From NCBI GenBank assembly GCA_013265495.1, contig MU058387.1:1-64000 (forward strand): a stretch of 64,000 nt of DNA. The letters are read 5' to 3'. Origin of the DNA: Vicugna vicugna. Lineage: Eukaryota. The position numbers and the translations under genes were made by a program. Shown here piece after piece: positions 51,571-63,732 of this stretch. Under the pieces are notes generated by a model. The model ran no database searches. It was not told the origin of the DNA and saw only the letters and a program-made list of their open reading frames with translations. Within the stretch, counting starts at the first letter, position 1. Every line of letters begins with the position of its first letter.

Positions 51571-52364
51571 CTGTCAAAGAGAGACATTTAACTCAGAGTG
51601 CACAGAAACATACTATTAGCCATTAATAAATTATCGATTCTGAGCCTGTGATGGTAAACAAATGATTTTGTGCATGCCTCTAATGAGAGATTAGCCAAAT
51701 CGGAACATTTCGGTTTCATCTGCCTTTCTAACGTAACTCTATTTGTCCAGCTTGATGTGTGCATTGTGGTGAATGTCAACAACTAAAACAGAACTCCAGG
51801 GAGGGAACAGCATTTTGAAAGATAAATACATACATTGCTTCACTGTGGTTTTTTGCCCACATGAAGTGATTAATAATGATAATATCTTTACATCACTCAT
51901 ATTCTACACTTTTACATCTTGCATCCAAGAATGAAAATAAAGAATTAAGGAAGAAAAATACATAATGACAGCTTATCGTATAAGTGGTTTCTCAACTAGA
52001 GTCCAGTTTAGAATATCCAAGTTTGTTCTGTACTCCTAGTTACAAATTATATTTATTTAATGTAACATTTAAAAATAGATGTTATCTAAAAGCATAGATT
52101 ATTCATTTAAAAATCAATGTACATATTTTTTGCATTAATATATAAATTGTATCTATTTTTACATCAGTGTATATGGCAAAATAATATAAACCTAACAAAA
52201 AAAATGCAATGAAGACAAAAGCAGCTTCATCCAAAAATCAATTTAAAAATTAAAAAATGAACTGTGACATGCAAGTAATATACATTAAATTTCACTTTAA
52301 TGCTTATTTGACATGCAAAGTCTAATTTAATTGCTATAATAATCTATCAAAATAAATATTACTA

Positions 52365-52510
52365 ACTATATTTTAACAAACAAGGTAACTGATATCCAGA
52401 GAAGGAAAATGATTTGTCGAAGACTGTGTGGAAGCGCCAGGATCCAAACCTGGGTTAATATGACAAGAAGTCCCAGACTTTGATTTTGGGAGACTACCAG
52501 AATGCCCTGA
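52365..52510 (-). mobile_element. MIR SINE
   Basis: ATTTTAACAAACAAGGTAACTGATATCCAGAGAAGGAAAATGATTTG...GCCAGGATCCAAACC. Confidence 0.65.
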
Positions 52511-52836
52511 CGGCATTCCTGGCTTAAGATGATTGAATCTGTGGTCTTACCTGCCACGTCTCCTCATACCACTATCTTATTCCAGGCCCTCAAGACATTC
52601 AGCAATGAGAATTACTTTTTACCTGAAATATGGTTAGGTTTGCCATCCTTTTTGCCTAGAATTTTTAAAGTATATGTATTTCAGATAGGGAAACAGCCTG
52701 TTGGTTGATGGACTGGAGAATGCAAATTGGAAATTGGAAGCAAAATTTTTTTCTGTAAGTGAAAACGGGTAAACTGGCTGAAGCCAGGAAGCCAGAGAAG
52801 CTGCTTTGCAGGACGAGGTCCAGGGAAAAGGAAGAA

Positions 52837-52854
52837 TTCAGCAGGTGGCAGCAG
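52837..52854 (+). promoter_or_regulatory. Candidate CTCF motif
   Basis: TTCAGCAGGTGGCAGCAG versus core CCASYAGRKGGCRS (one mismatch), in unique CpG-containing sequence. Confidence 0.45.
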
Positions 52855-53634
52855 GCGAAGAATTCGGAAATCTGCGTTATCTTCCTACAGGAAGTAATTC
52901 GTCTCGAGTGTCCCAACCCTCGAGATTAAGTTCTCTCTGACAAAACCTGAGAGAGATTTGGGATTTCAACCTAAACCCATTCCAGAAATCGTCTCTACAG
53001 ATACCTGGAGAGAGCAAATGTCAACCAAATTTCTGGAGATCTTCCAGACTGATAACAGATCCTTAAAAAGGGGGAGCAAAAATAATGAAGGACTTAAAAG
53101 GCCTACATTTTAATAATATTCTTTATATCAGACTTGTGAGTTTGGGTAGGTTATTTTAAAAGCCAGTAAGTTTATTCAAATATTTGGTAAGAATCAGAGC
53201 AGAACATCATCAGGGAAGCAGTGCTTCTGTACTGCCTGGGGTGAACTCATATTAGCAGCAAATATTCCTCTTACCAACTTGGTTACAAATACATTCAAAC
53301 ACGGCGTTTTTGGAAAGCCCCTGCTGTATTAAAGCAAGTTAGTGGGAAATATACACAAAATGTTATGATAAATCACAGAGAAAAAAATGTGACAAAAAAA
53401 AAAAAGCAAGTTAGTATTTAAGTCCTTCTGCATAGGATTTACTAGGTCAGATGGAATGAGATGAAGGATGTTTTGTGCCTGAAATCATCCACAGGAATGT
53501 GCATAATGGCATATCCAAGAAAATGTCCAGAATAAGTTGTTTTAAAACCAAAATACATTATGTTTCTCTATCAAAATGCAAACATAATGAGCGCCTATAT
53601 TCAGATCATGAGAAACTCTTACATGCCCCCAAAT

Positions 53635-53812
53635 CAGTGTTTGCCAAAGCGTGATTCCAGGACTATCTATGTGACAACTACCTGGGGTGTTATTCACGCT
53701 GTCGCTCTTTGAGCTTCGTGCACGACCTAATAAGTCAGACTTGCTTGAGTGAGAATCTCCTTTTCAGGGTCTATAGGTGATATTTATTTATATTAAAACT
53801 TCAGAATCTCTA
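53635..53812. mobile_element. MER5-like hAT element
   Basis: CAGTGTTTGCCAAAGCGTG...ACTACCTGGGGTG...GGTGATATTTAT...TAAAACTTCAGAATCTCT. Confidence 0.55.
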
Positions 53813-54999
53813 AAAAGATAGGATTGAGATGAAATGTAGGCTACGACCTCTTCCAGGCATTTTTTTTCCGAAGGTGAAATTAAAGGATGTGAATCTCAAT
53901 AGGCAGAACTTGTCACGGTGCTGTAATACGGCTGTTTAGCAACTCCTTCTCGTCACGCCGACCTGATGGCAGTGGCGCTTTCAGCAAATAATGATCCTAT
54001 TATATATCGAGACAGGAGTGGTCTTGGTCTTTAAACTTCTGCCCATTTCTGCAACAGTCACTTCCCTGCCACTATCCAATGGAAAGTCTCCGACTAAAAG
54101 GCATGTATGTAATAGCCTTGGCTCATCAGACCCCAAGAGGGAAAAGCAATTTACATAGCATTTCAAAAAGCGGTATCATTCCTGAACTTGCGCCTCTGTA
54201 CTATATCTGATTTTCACATACTTGGGCTTTTAAAAGAGGGCACGATGATAAGCCATCCACATATGGTACACACATTTTTTTAAATGTATTTCACTAGCTA
54301 AACTTAACTCTTTTTGACAGAAGGGAAGAACAATCAAATGATTTCCATTATTCAGCAGTGCTATGATCTCCAAGAGGGCAGTAATTTAAAAGCTGAATGC
54401 AGTTTTGTTGTAATTTTCTGTGACAGAATCAGCTTACAGTACACATGAAAGAACACAGCAACGAGGTAGTTCGTAAACACTAATGACAAGGAAATTTAAA
54501 CCTTTATCTTAAAGGACTCTCCCAAGGATTCTTTAATTCATTTACACGTGTAATTATTCAATCAGCATTTACAGAAAGCTTCTTTTGTTCCATGCACTAT
54601 AGTGGGTACTGAGAATAAATTCACTGCCCTTTTTTATGAACCCACAACAACCAACTGCTAAATGGACAAAAGATCTTTCATCCTGGTCACAAGCCATGTG
54701 TCTAGCCCACTAGGTTTTCAGTCCCTCAGGGAGAAATCTGAAATATCACGGCTTCGCATTTTACATTAAAAGCAGTGAGAGGGGGCATTCAGTTAATTGT
54801 CCATCCAATGACATCTTATTTTATATATTTTATGCAAGTCAACATTGATGGCACTTTTTGATCTATGATTTGGACACATGACATGCTGTTAGGCACAAAT
54901 GATGAAATATGTCTTCTGTGAAATTATAAATGATTCAAATGGTCGGTGATACATACTGCGTTATGGCTTGCACATACTAGGAGAGCAACCAGTCATTTA

Positions 55000-55502
55000 C
55001 CCCTTGGTTGTGCTCAAGAATGAGTAAAAAGTGACGGGGAAAAGGTTAAGTAAGAGAAAGAGTTTAGCTGAGTTCCATTTCCATCGAAGCCCCTGGGCAC
55101 CCAGAGCTGCCAGGTCGCTACAGATCTCTCTTCTGGTCCGTGAGTATGGTCAGCCTCACTCTGTCTTGTTTCTGCTCTTTCTGATTTCATTCCCTTGCTT
55201 CTATTGCACACTGACAGTTGAACAGTGGCAATGATCATTTTACTGATTCTCTACCGTCTTTCTTCTCCTCTACCCATTCAGTCAGTGACATTCATTGCTT
55301 CAACAGGTTAGTGAATCGGGAAAAAAAGAGGGATGTTAGAACAGAAAATTAGAAGGGCCCTAGATTTCGGATGATGAGCGAGTTCTTGCACCAACTTAGC
55401 AACACCTAGTTCCAGACATTTTTGATACAGTTCGCTTCTTGTTCAAACCACCTTTATCTAGATCTTCCTTAATATGTAATTGAATCTAATTTTATTGATA
55501 CA
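55000..55502 (+). mobile_element. Old MaLR LTR (MLT1J-like)
   Basis: AGAACAGAAAATTAGAAGGGCCCTAGATT...GATG, CTTGTTCAAACCACT...TTGATACA end; left boundary uncertain. Confidence 0.5.
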
Positions 55503-56789
55503 CTCACCAAAGCCTTATTCATTTCTCACCACACCCCTTTCTCAATCTCAGGTTATATGCCAGAAAAGATTCTATTTGTCTCCTGGAGCACACATTAGAT
55601 GCAATAATTTATAAATCTATTCCGGGGATATTTGCACTTGAAGGGTATACATGTTCTCATGTCACAGGAAATGGGTTCTAATGCTGTCATATCAGACAGC
55701 TAAAAAATTACTAATCCAGGGAAGCACATTGAGATTAAAACGTCTTACATTTTGATCACTTAACCATATCTAGTTGCTTTATATGAAAACTACAACTCTG
55801 CACAGTCAGCACGGTCTGTGAACAGTCAGGGCAAATGTCTTCAATGAAGTACATGTGAGGTGGCTTATATCATGATGTTTATATAATTTCTGGAAATCTT
55901 AACACCTTTAAGGAATATGCATGCAATTTCTGTCTGTGAAAATGGTTATTTTTTTCCTATTTATCTAGTTTCCCAAGGTCATGTTAAATAAGAGTAGGTA
56001 TCAAAAAGAAGAGAGCGTGAACTAGGGTGGGAAATTCTACTACGAACTTTAGTTTGAATGACTTCCTTTCTGATTTTCATCACCAATGATTTAATTTCTC
56101 AGCTCTAGGGGATTACAAGTTAGCAAACTAAAGCAAGTTTATCACTTCTGAAAACTCCTGCAAGACCCCCAAGACAGAACGATTACTCCCAAATTGAATT
56201 TAAATAAAAGTAATTAGTTTTATCTTGTTTTTTAATTCATTTACCTCCGCACAGAAATCCTTCTGGAGTTTTGAAATTCATCAGTGATTATCCCTGGAGC
56301 TGATTCAATAATGTGAGAATAAATACACCATTAACCAATTATACATAATGACTCCAGGACATGCCAATAGTGGAACAGTTCAGGTGATTTATAGAGCTCG
56401 CTTCCAACAGCCTCGTCACAATTCGCATCTCTTCTAAAACATTCATTAAAAGTTAAGCGACACTTTAGATCTGCTTATATTCATCTCCTAATAAGGACAT
56501 GAATAAATGAAACTAAGGCATTTATTCAAAATTTTTTTATTTGTCCCATATAAAAATCCTTGAGTGTTGGGAATTAAATATTTATTTGAAGCTAGCAGAG
56601 CATAATTTAGATTGTTGGGTTCTGGTGTCTTTTAAGTAAGTCTGTTGATCTGGTCCTGAATGTTGACACAACATAAAAGCTACTGAACTAAAGAACACAT
56701 CTTGAATTTCAGGTTTATCAGAAATCTGAGAAGCTACATTTTGCTTTTCTTTCCTTTTCTTTTTTGAAGTGAATGTTAGCTGTTAACTT

Positions 56790-57116
56790 ATTTATTTTCC
56801 AGCTTTATTGATGTATAATTGACAAACAAAAATTGTATGCATGTAGGTTGAACAAAATGATGTTTTGATACACGTTATAAAATGACTACCACAATCAAGC
56901 TAATTAACACCTCCATCACCCCGTATCTCACCTTTTGTGTGTGTGGTGAGGACAGTTCAGAACTACTCCCTTGGCTTATTTCAAGTGTATAGATTGTTAT
57001 TATTAATTATGCTGCATATTAGCTCTCCAGAACTTACGCATCTTCAAACTGGAAGTATGTACCCTCTGACAACATGACCCCTGCCCCCTACCCAGGCCCT
57101 GGTAACCAATCCTACT
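56790..57116 (-). mobile_element. L1 (L1MA9/10-like) 3' end
   Basis: CAGCTTTATTGATGTATAATTGACA, ACCACAATCAAGCTAATTAACA, CTCCAGAACTTA, CCCTGGTAACCA. Confidence 0.85.
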
Positions 57117-57369
57117 GAGAAGTTGTGTTTTCAACACTAGAATATGCTCTTTAACAAAGGAATTGAACCATGTGCCATACGGATCACCATCAGGTCATGT
57201 GATATATTCTCTGATGTGATCACCTTCCTCTAAAAGTAAGAGAATTAAAAATGGATCTTTTCCGTTAAAAAAAAAAAGTTTAAGGATTTCTGGAGATGAG
57301 ACAGCTATTTCTCCATTTTATGCCACTCAATCAATTCTACATTATCAGCTACTCTCCAGGCAGTCTATA

Positions 57370-58075
57370 AAGGAGAATTGAAGATGAGCTTCTAGAATCA
57401 GGGAGATTTCATTCAAATCTGAAGTTCACCAAATTCCATCACTGAGAAGCGACTGGACTTTGAGCACATTCTTTAAATTTTCTGAATCTTTGGTTTTGTA
57501 TTTGTAAAACAGACATGATCAAAATGGTAGCTCACTGACGGGGTTTTTGAGAGGTTTAAAGAAGGTAATCCAGTCATAGCCTTAACAGATGTCAAACACA
57601 TGGTCAGCTTTCAACATGTGGATCATTACTGCTATATAATAAGAAAATAATCACAATTTATTTCTATTTTATTTTTGGTGCTCTACAGATTAGTACATGA
57701 GAGATGGGAGGTGTATTCTTTTGCTTCTACCAATCCTAGTCAACTTACACATTTTACCTCAATAAGCATCCAATGGAAGTTAGGTCCAGATCATTCCATA
57801 ACACAAACAAAAAGAACAAATGAACATATCTGGGAAGGACACAGAGTTACTGACATACACTGAGTTTCAACTGTGCGGCAAGTTCTAGAATGGATTATTT
57901 TTATGACTCTGATTTAATTGTGAAACAACGATATGCAAAAGAATCCCCGTGTTATATGAAGGACAGAGCTTCCGCAGAGGCTGATTAAAATTATCTGACG
58001 CCACACAGTTAGAAGGGAAGACATAGCACCGACTCAGGTGTCACGCCCTTGTGGTCCTTGTGCTGCACTGGGCTG
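57370..58075. mobile_element. Two MIR SINEs (about 57370-57630 plus, about 57860-58075 minus)
   Basis: GCTTCTAGAATCAG...TTTTCTGAATCTTTGGTTTTGTATTTGTAAAA; CACTGAGTTTCAACTGTG...GCCACACAGTTAG. Confidence 0.6.
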
Positions 58076-58609
58076 TGCTTCATTGAGTTGACACAAGAGC
58101 AGTGGAAAAACTTGGGGCTGGTCATGGATGCTCACACCGTGTAATTATAGATGTCTACCAGAGGCTGAGCCATAAAAATATAATTATTAAAATGATGCCT
58201 GGCAAAATGAAGTCACATTTAGAAACAAAATTCTACACGCTCCTTTTAGCCACACAATTCATGAATCATGCAATGCCCTCTTATCATCACTACAGGGAAA
58301 GCTGAGAGGACAAACAGACCACACTGTAAGAGCTGATAAAACAAGTGATATGTCGAGACAATAGAGATAAAATATGAAACTCCACCAAGACTGCTGACAA
58401 AGGATCGACTGGTTGAAATGTTTTCTTTACAGAAGATGAGATTTCTGTATGTTTTTAGATATCCTAGGCTTTCATAATGTGATCAGTCTGACAATTTTGT
58501 CAAAAAATAAAAGTTTATCATATTTGCGGAGCTTTATGGTAGTAAAAATCAAATATGCTTGCAATGTACAAAATGCTACAATATTCTTTGAAAAAGACCT
58601 CAGATTACA

Positions 58610-59090
58610 GGGATATATATTGAGCTATAAGAATCAGAAGACCAGACTACAGCAGTTAAATGAGAGTAGTCACTTTGTGTGCAAAGCTAACCTGGGAGTA
58701 GGTTTGCTGGCTTTTGAGCACTGAAGTGCGCCATCATTCTGTCTCCCTACTTTGCCATCCTAAGGCTGCCGGTCTCTCCCCACTGGCTTCTTGGGTGATA
58801 CGAGCATGTGGCAGCTATGGACAGTCACCTATTCTGAAGGCAATAAAAACAGGCAAGAGTAGAAAATCCATCACGTCCTTTGTTATCAGCAAAGCGATTC
58901 TGGTGTTTTTTTTTGAGAACTAAGCTCTCCCCATCAGCAGAATTCTGCTTATTTCTCAGAGGCTGGAACTGGGTTAAATAATTATTGTAACAGAAGAGGC
59001 CCTGGGAAAAGAATTGTTTGGCTTTCCAGTCCCCTTTGTGGAGATGGTAAAAGAGAAGGAGGTTGGAAATGTCTTTTGAGTAGTCAATTA
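58610..59090 (-). mobile_element. Old MaLR LTR (MLT1-like)
   Basis: CCATCATTCTGTCTCCCTACTTTGCCATCCT, CAGCAGAATTCTGCTTATTTCTCAGAGGCTGGAACTGGGT. Confidence 0.5.
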
Positions 59091-60699
59091 AGAAAGATTG
59101 CAACAAAAGTGGACAAAAAGCCAGGTTTGTTTTAATTAGGCCAGTGGTTGAAGATGTGAGGCTGGAATGCACAAGTTGTCCGTGGGGAGAACTTATGCAT
59201 GGTGGAAATTATGTCTGTGCATAAGGACCAACCTTGAACTAAATTGAGAAGGACATGCCATCTCTTTTCTATACCCTCATCTCCTCTATGTGTTTTTAAT
59301 TTCTGACTATCCAAGGTCTGTCTTTCTAAGAAAACCTTCACTGATGCCCTTACATTCATACTTTCCCTTTTTATGCCCCTCAATCACTGGGCCAGATGGA
59401 TCACAAAAAAGAGGGACCATTAGCAACCCATCCCCTCTTCACAATCTACTTCTGATCTTTGAGACTTGACTTTTGGAATTCTATGGCCCTGAGAAGTCAT
59501 TCCAAAAATTAATATGGATGCTCAGCACAGCTTTAGAGAATGCACAGGTCAACTAAACAATGTAAAAGTTTATTGGTTCTCTATATCTCGAGAGCACTGG
59601 AATGAAAAAAAAAACATACTGATTCAAGGTTGCAATCGGTTCAGAAGGAATTTTTATATATAGATTTGACCATGAAGAGAATAAAGCTCCTTTTCCCCTG
59701 GAATTCTCTCTACTTTGGATGTTTTACAATGATTATAGCAGCTGATTTCCCAGTAACTTCAAAAGAAGGTATAGATATAGAAAAGATTTGGAAGGGATTT
59801 TTGGAGACCGTTTATGAAATCATTGTAAAGATTTATGGTATTATTAATGCACTGAATACTTTCTCAGTTTGTCTGATGGCCACTATTATATATGTCCTTT
59901 CAAGGAACTATACTAATTGACTCATTGCTATGATCGTGGGTGTAATCTCTATCCAGGAAAGAGGACAGAATGTTTAAGAAAACAGACCGATTCATCTCGG
60001 CTGTCAAAACAAGAGATCATGGAATTAATGATGCTAACCTTTTTATTAACATGAACACTCTCAGGAGGAACGAGCCTGCTCCAGAGGTCAGCGCATTATG
60101 CTGAAACTTCTTCACTCCTCAGACTCGAGTTTTGCCTCTTCCCTGTATCTACCCAGGGAATAAAAGAATGAGAGCAAATACTATCTGGAATTCCTCCTTT
60201 GTTATGCAAGCCATCAAAGTTGATTAAATGGAGTACTGGGTTCGACAATATGGGCCAAGGGAAAGGCACAGCTTAGAGTTAATACGGGGCGCCCTGGTTG
60301 TACCATAAACAATCTAGCAGCATTTATTAAGCGATCCTTTGTTAATCCATTAAGAACCAGCACGTTTTCTTTTCTCCCTCTTTCTTTCATCTCCTATGTG
60401 CTCTGTAAGTTAAGACCATTAAGGAGGTTTGAAATTAACAGCATACTGAACGCCATATATATTTAAACGTCTTTCCTTCTTCCTTTCTCCCTTTCCCCCT
60501 TCTCTCCTACTTGCCTCCCTCCTCCCACTGCCCCCCTCTTTCTTTGTCATTTTTAAAATTCTTCCTTCATGGGGAAAATCATTTTAAGAGTCCAAGTCCA
60601 AAGTCAGAGTACATATTACAACATAAGGCAGCACATCCACCCAACATTTTGAAGTTTTGTTTTGTTTTGTTTTTCCCTTTTATCAAGTACTAGAGCACT

Positions 60700-61822
60700 T
60701 AGCAGCAGCTATGGAAAACAGTACTGAGGTTCCTCAAAAATTAAAAACAGAACTACCGTAGAATCCAGCAATTCTACTTCTAGGTACTTTTCCAAAGAAA
60801 ATGAAAATATTAATTTGAAAATAAGTATATATATGTATATATATATATACACACACACCCATATGTTCATTGCAGCATTAATTACAATATCTAAGATATG
60901 AATCAACCAAAGTACCTATAAATAAATGACTGGATAAAGAAGATACAGTATCTATACACAATGGGATATTACTCAGCCATAAAAAAGAGTAAACTTGTGC
61001 CATTTGCAACAACATGGATGGACCTGGAGGGTGTGATGTTAAGTTAAATAAGTTACACAGAGAAAGACTAACCCCTTGTGATTTCACTTACACTGGGAAT
61101 CCAAAATACAAGACAAATGGACAAAACTGAAACAGAAACAGAGCCACTGACACAGAGAATAAACAGATGGTTCCCAGAGGGGAGCAGGAAGGGGGATGAG
61201 TGAAATAGGTGAAGAAAATTAAGAGGTACAAATTTCTAGTTACAAAATAAATGGATTACTTGGATGAAAGGTACAGTGTGAGAAATACAGTCAATAATAA
61301 TGTAATATCTTTGAATAGTGACAGATGGCAACCAGATATCACAATGATCATTTTGTCATGTACAGAAATATCGAATCACTGTATTCTGCACCAGGAACTA
61401 ACATAATGTTGTAGGTCAAATTATACTTCAAAGAGCAAACAAATAAACAAACTCAATTAAGAGAGCAGTTTTGTGGTTACCAGAGGTAAGGTGTTGGGGG
61501 AGGGGGAATTGGATGAAGGTGGTCAAAAGGTACAAACTTTCAGTTATAAGATAAATAAGTGCTAGGGATATAATGTACAATGTGATTAACATAGTTAATG
61601 CTGTGGTATGTTATATATGAAAGTTAGAAGAGTAGATCCTAAGAGTTCTCATCACAAGGAAAAAAAATTCTATTTTCTTTTATTTTGCATCAGTATTAGT
61701 TGATGGATGTTCACTGAACTTAACAGTAGTAATCATTTCATGATGCATCAAATCATTAAGCACATATGTCAGACATATACAGTGCCATATCTCAGTTACA
61801 TCTCAACAAAACTAGAAGAAAA
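60700..61822 (+). mobile_element. L1 3' end with two successive 3'-UTR-like segments
   Basis: ATGGAAAACAGTACTGAGGTTCCTCAAAAATTAAAAACAGAACTACC; a TGGTTNCCAGAGG...GGTACAAA block occurs twice (about 61168-61245 and about 61474-61545). Confidence 0.88.
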
Positions 61823-62399
61823 AGACCTATTAGAGCATTTACAGCACGATATTTTACATCAAACATTGAGATTTTTTATTTTCCTTTTAGCTCTTTTAGT
61901 ATGAGATATGGGTGTAGCCTAAAAGTAGGCACTGAGTTTTCCTTGGCTTGACACATCTGTGTCTGAAACACGTATGATTTGTTTTGATAGTCAAAGTCCT
62001 CAGCGAAATTATCAGATAGGTGAGACATACCCCTCAGGTCCTCATCACCTAGTTCTATAATCTCCTCTCCCCACTTTTCTGATATCCACCGCACAACACC
62101 CACATTGCTCAGCATTATTCCTATGGAAAAGAAAATAAGAGAGGCTATATTTTGTTCCCACAGAAATCAGAATGTTTTGTTCCTTGCTGTGGCACTTATG
62201 TTGGGATTTCAGGCATCAGGCAAGAGAGAATTTATGGAGAGGACTTCTGCTCTTCAGAGAGTCTAAAAAACTACCACTTCTGATTAATAATAAAAGCCAA
62301 AAAAAAAAGTGGGAATAAATGAAACCTCCAGATACAAGAGTAAGAAATACCAGTATTTAAAGTATTGATAGAGGAATTGGTATTGTTGCATCCAATGAG

Positions 62400-63050
62400 T
62401 AATATCTAGAAGCAGGTTAATAGGAAATCAACAAGAAAAGACAAGAATGTTGGTGCTAAGGAAGAGGAAAACTCCAGAAGGAAGCAGCTAATGGGAACAC
62501 ATGAAGCAGACAGCCCACTCATGGTAAAGGCTAGAGTGATCACTTTGGCAACAAAGATTGTTTCCCTTAAATTGGAGGCAAAATGAGGAAGAAGACATTT
62601 GCAAGGAACTTGGCTATGAAAGGAGATGCCCCATAGACAAGAAGCTAAGGAGAGTTTGGTGTGGAATAGGGGGTTCCTTTTCATTTTTCCCAACCCAGGA
62701 CCTTGTGCATGCTAAGCACATGCTCTACCACTAAGCTATACCCTTCCCCCTCAAGATAGGATTCAAACATTGTTTACAAGTTAAAGGAGTCAGTAAAGAG
62801 AGAAAGTTGAATACCTAAGAAAAAAGACGTTAAGAGCCAATGACCCAGGGTCACCTGGGAAAAGAGCAACGATAGAAGAATTTGCCTCATACAAATGTAT
62901 GAGAAGGGACAGTGATGATTAGGGTGGTTGAACTGAGATAAAGGTGAGGATGAGATAAGGCTGTTAAAGAAATTCCTGTCTTACGCTTTCCGATTTTGTC
63001 TGGAAAGGGGAGGCAGTGGAGAAGGTGGCTGCCCTAGTCTTTCATTCAGG
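62400..63050 (-). mobile_element. Degenerate L2 fragment
   Basis: Purine-rich; GGAACTTGGCTATGAAAGGAGA and GAGAGAAAGTTGAA. Confidence 0.5.
62692..62750 (-). mobile_element. Vic-1-type SINE head fragment
   Basis: Minus strand GGGGGAAGGGTATAGCTTAGTGGTAGAGCATGTGCTTAGCATGCACAAGGTCCTGGGTT; 3' part absent. Confidence 0.85.
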
Positions 63051-63389
63051 TATGCTACAATATGTTGACTAAGCTTATCACAGTCAAACTCGCCATGATT
63101 TTGAGACTGAATCAATCTTCTTATGCATACTGATTCCACTGGGTTTACAAAACATTATAGAATATAAAAGGACTGCAAACCAGAGTCTATTCCAAAGGAA
63201 CTGGGCAAAAAGGAAAGATCAGACATACACACGTGACACATAAATATAAAATAGGACAGGTGAAAACTATAAGGTGAAAATAGCTCAATACAATTTAATA
63301 TCAGGTATTAATTGTCAAATTAAAACAATAAATGCAAAATGATTCAAAAAGAAGAGTTTATATGGAGCTAATATGAGCATTAGCATTTC

Positions 63390-63632
63390 ATGAGACAGTA
63401 TCATGTAAGAGTTGAGAATGAGCCCTCTGGACCAAGACTTCCTGGGTTTAAACTTATTCTTCCCATTACTGTAGGTCAGGGGGGCATTATTTAATATCTC
63501 TGTGATCTTTTAAATTTTAGGATATAATAGCATACTTTCACAAGTCTGTTGAGAGGGTTAATTAGCACACCCACATGAAACCCTCAGAACAGCACCTAGT
63601 ATCTTTTGAGAATTCCATAAATTATCAGTAGA
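63390..63632 (+). mobile_element. MIR SINE
   Basis: GAGACAGTATCATGTAAGAGTTGAGA...CCTGGGTTTAAA...CTCAGAACAGCACCTAG...CATAAATTATCAGT. Confidence 0.7.
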
Positions 63633-63732
63633 AATTGATTATCAATATAAAGGAATCTATATTTGTGATTACCAAAGGAAAGGAACCTAGGTTTGAACTG
63701 AGCTCTGAAAAGTGAGTGGAGAGATATATACA

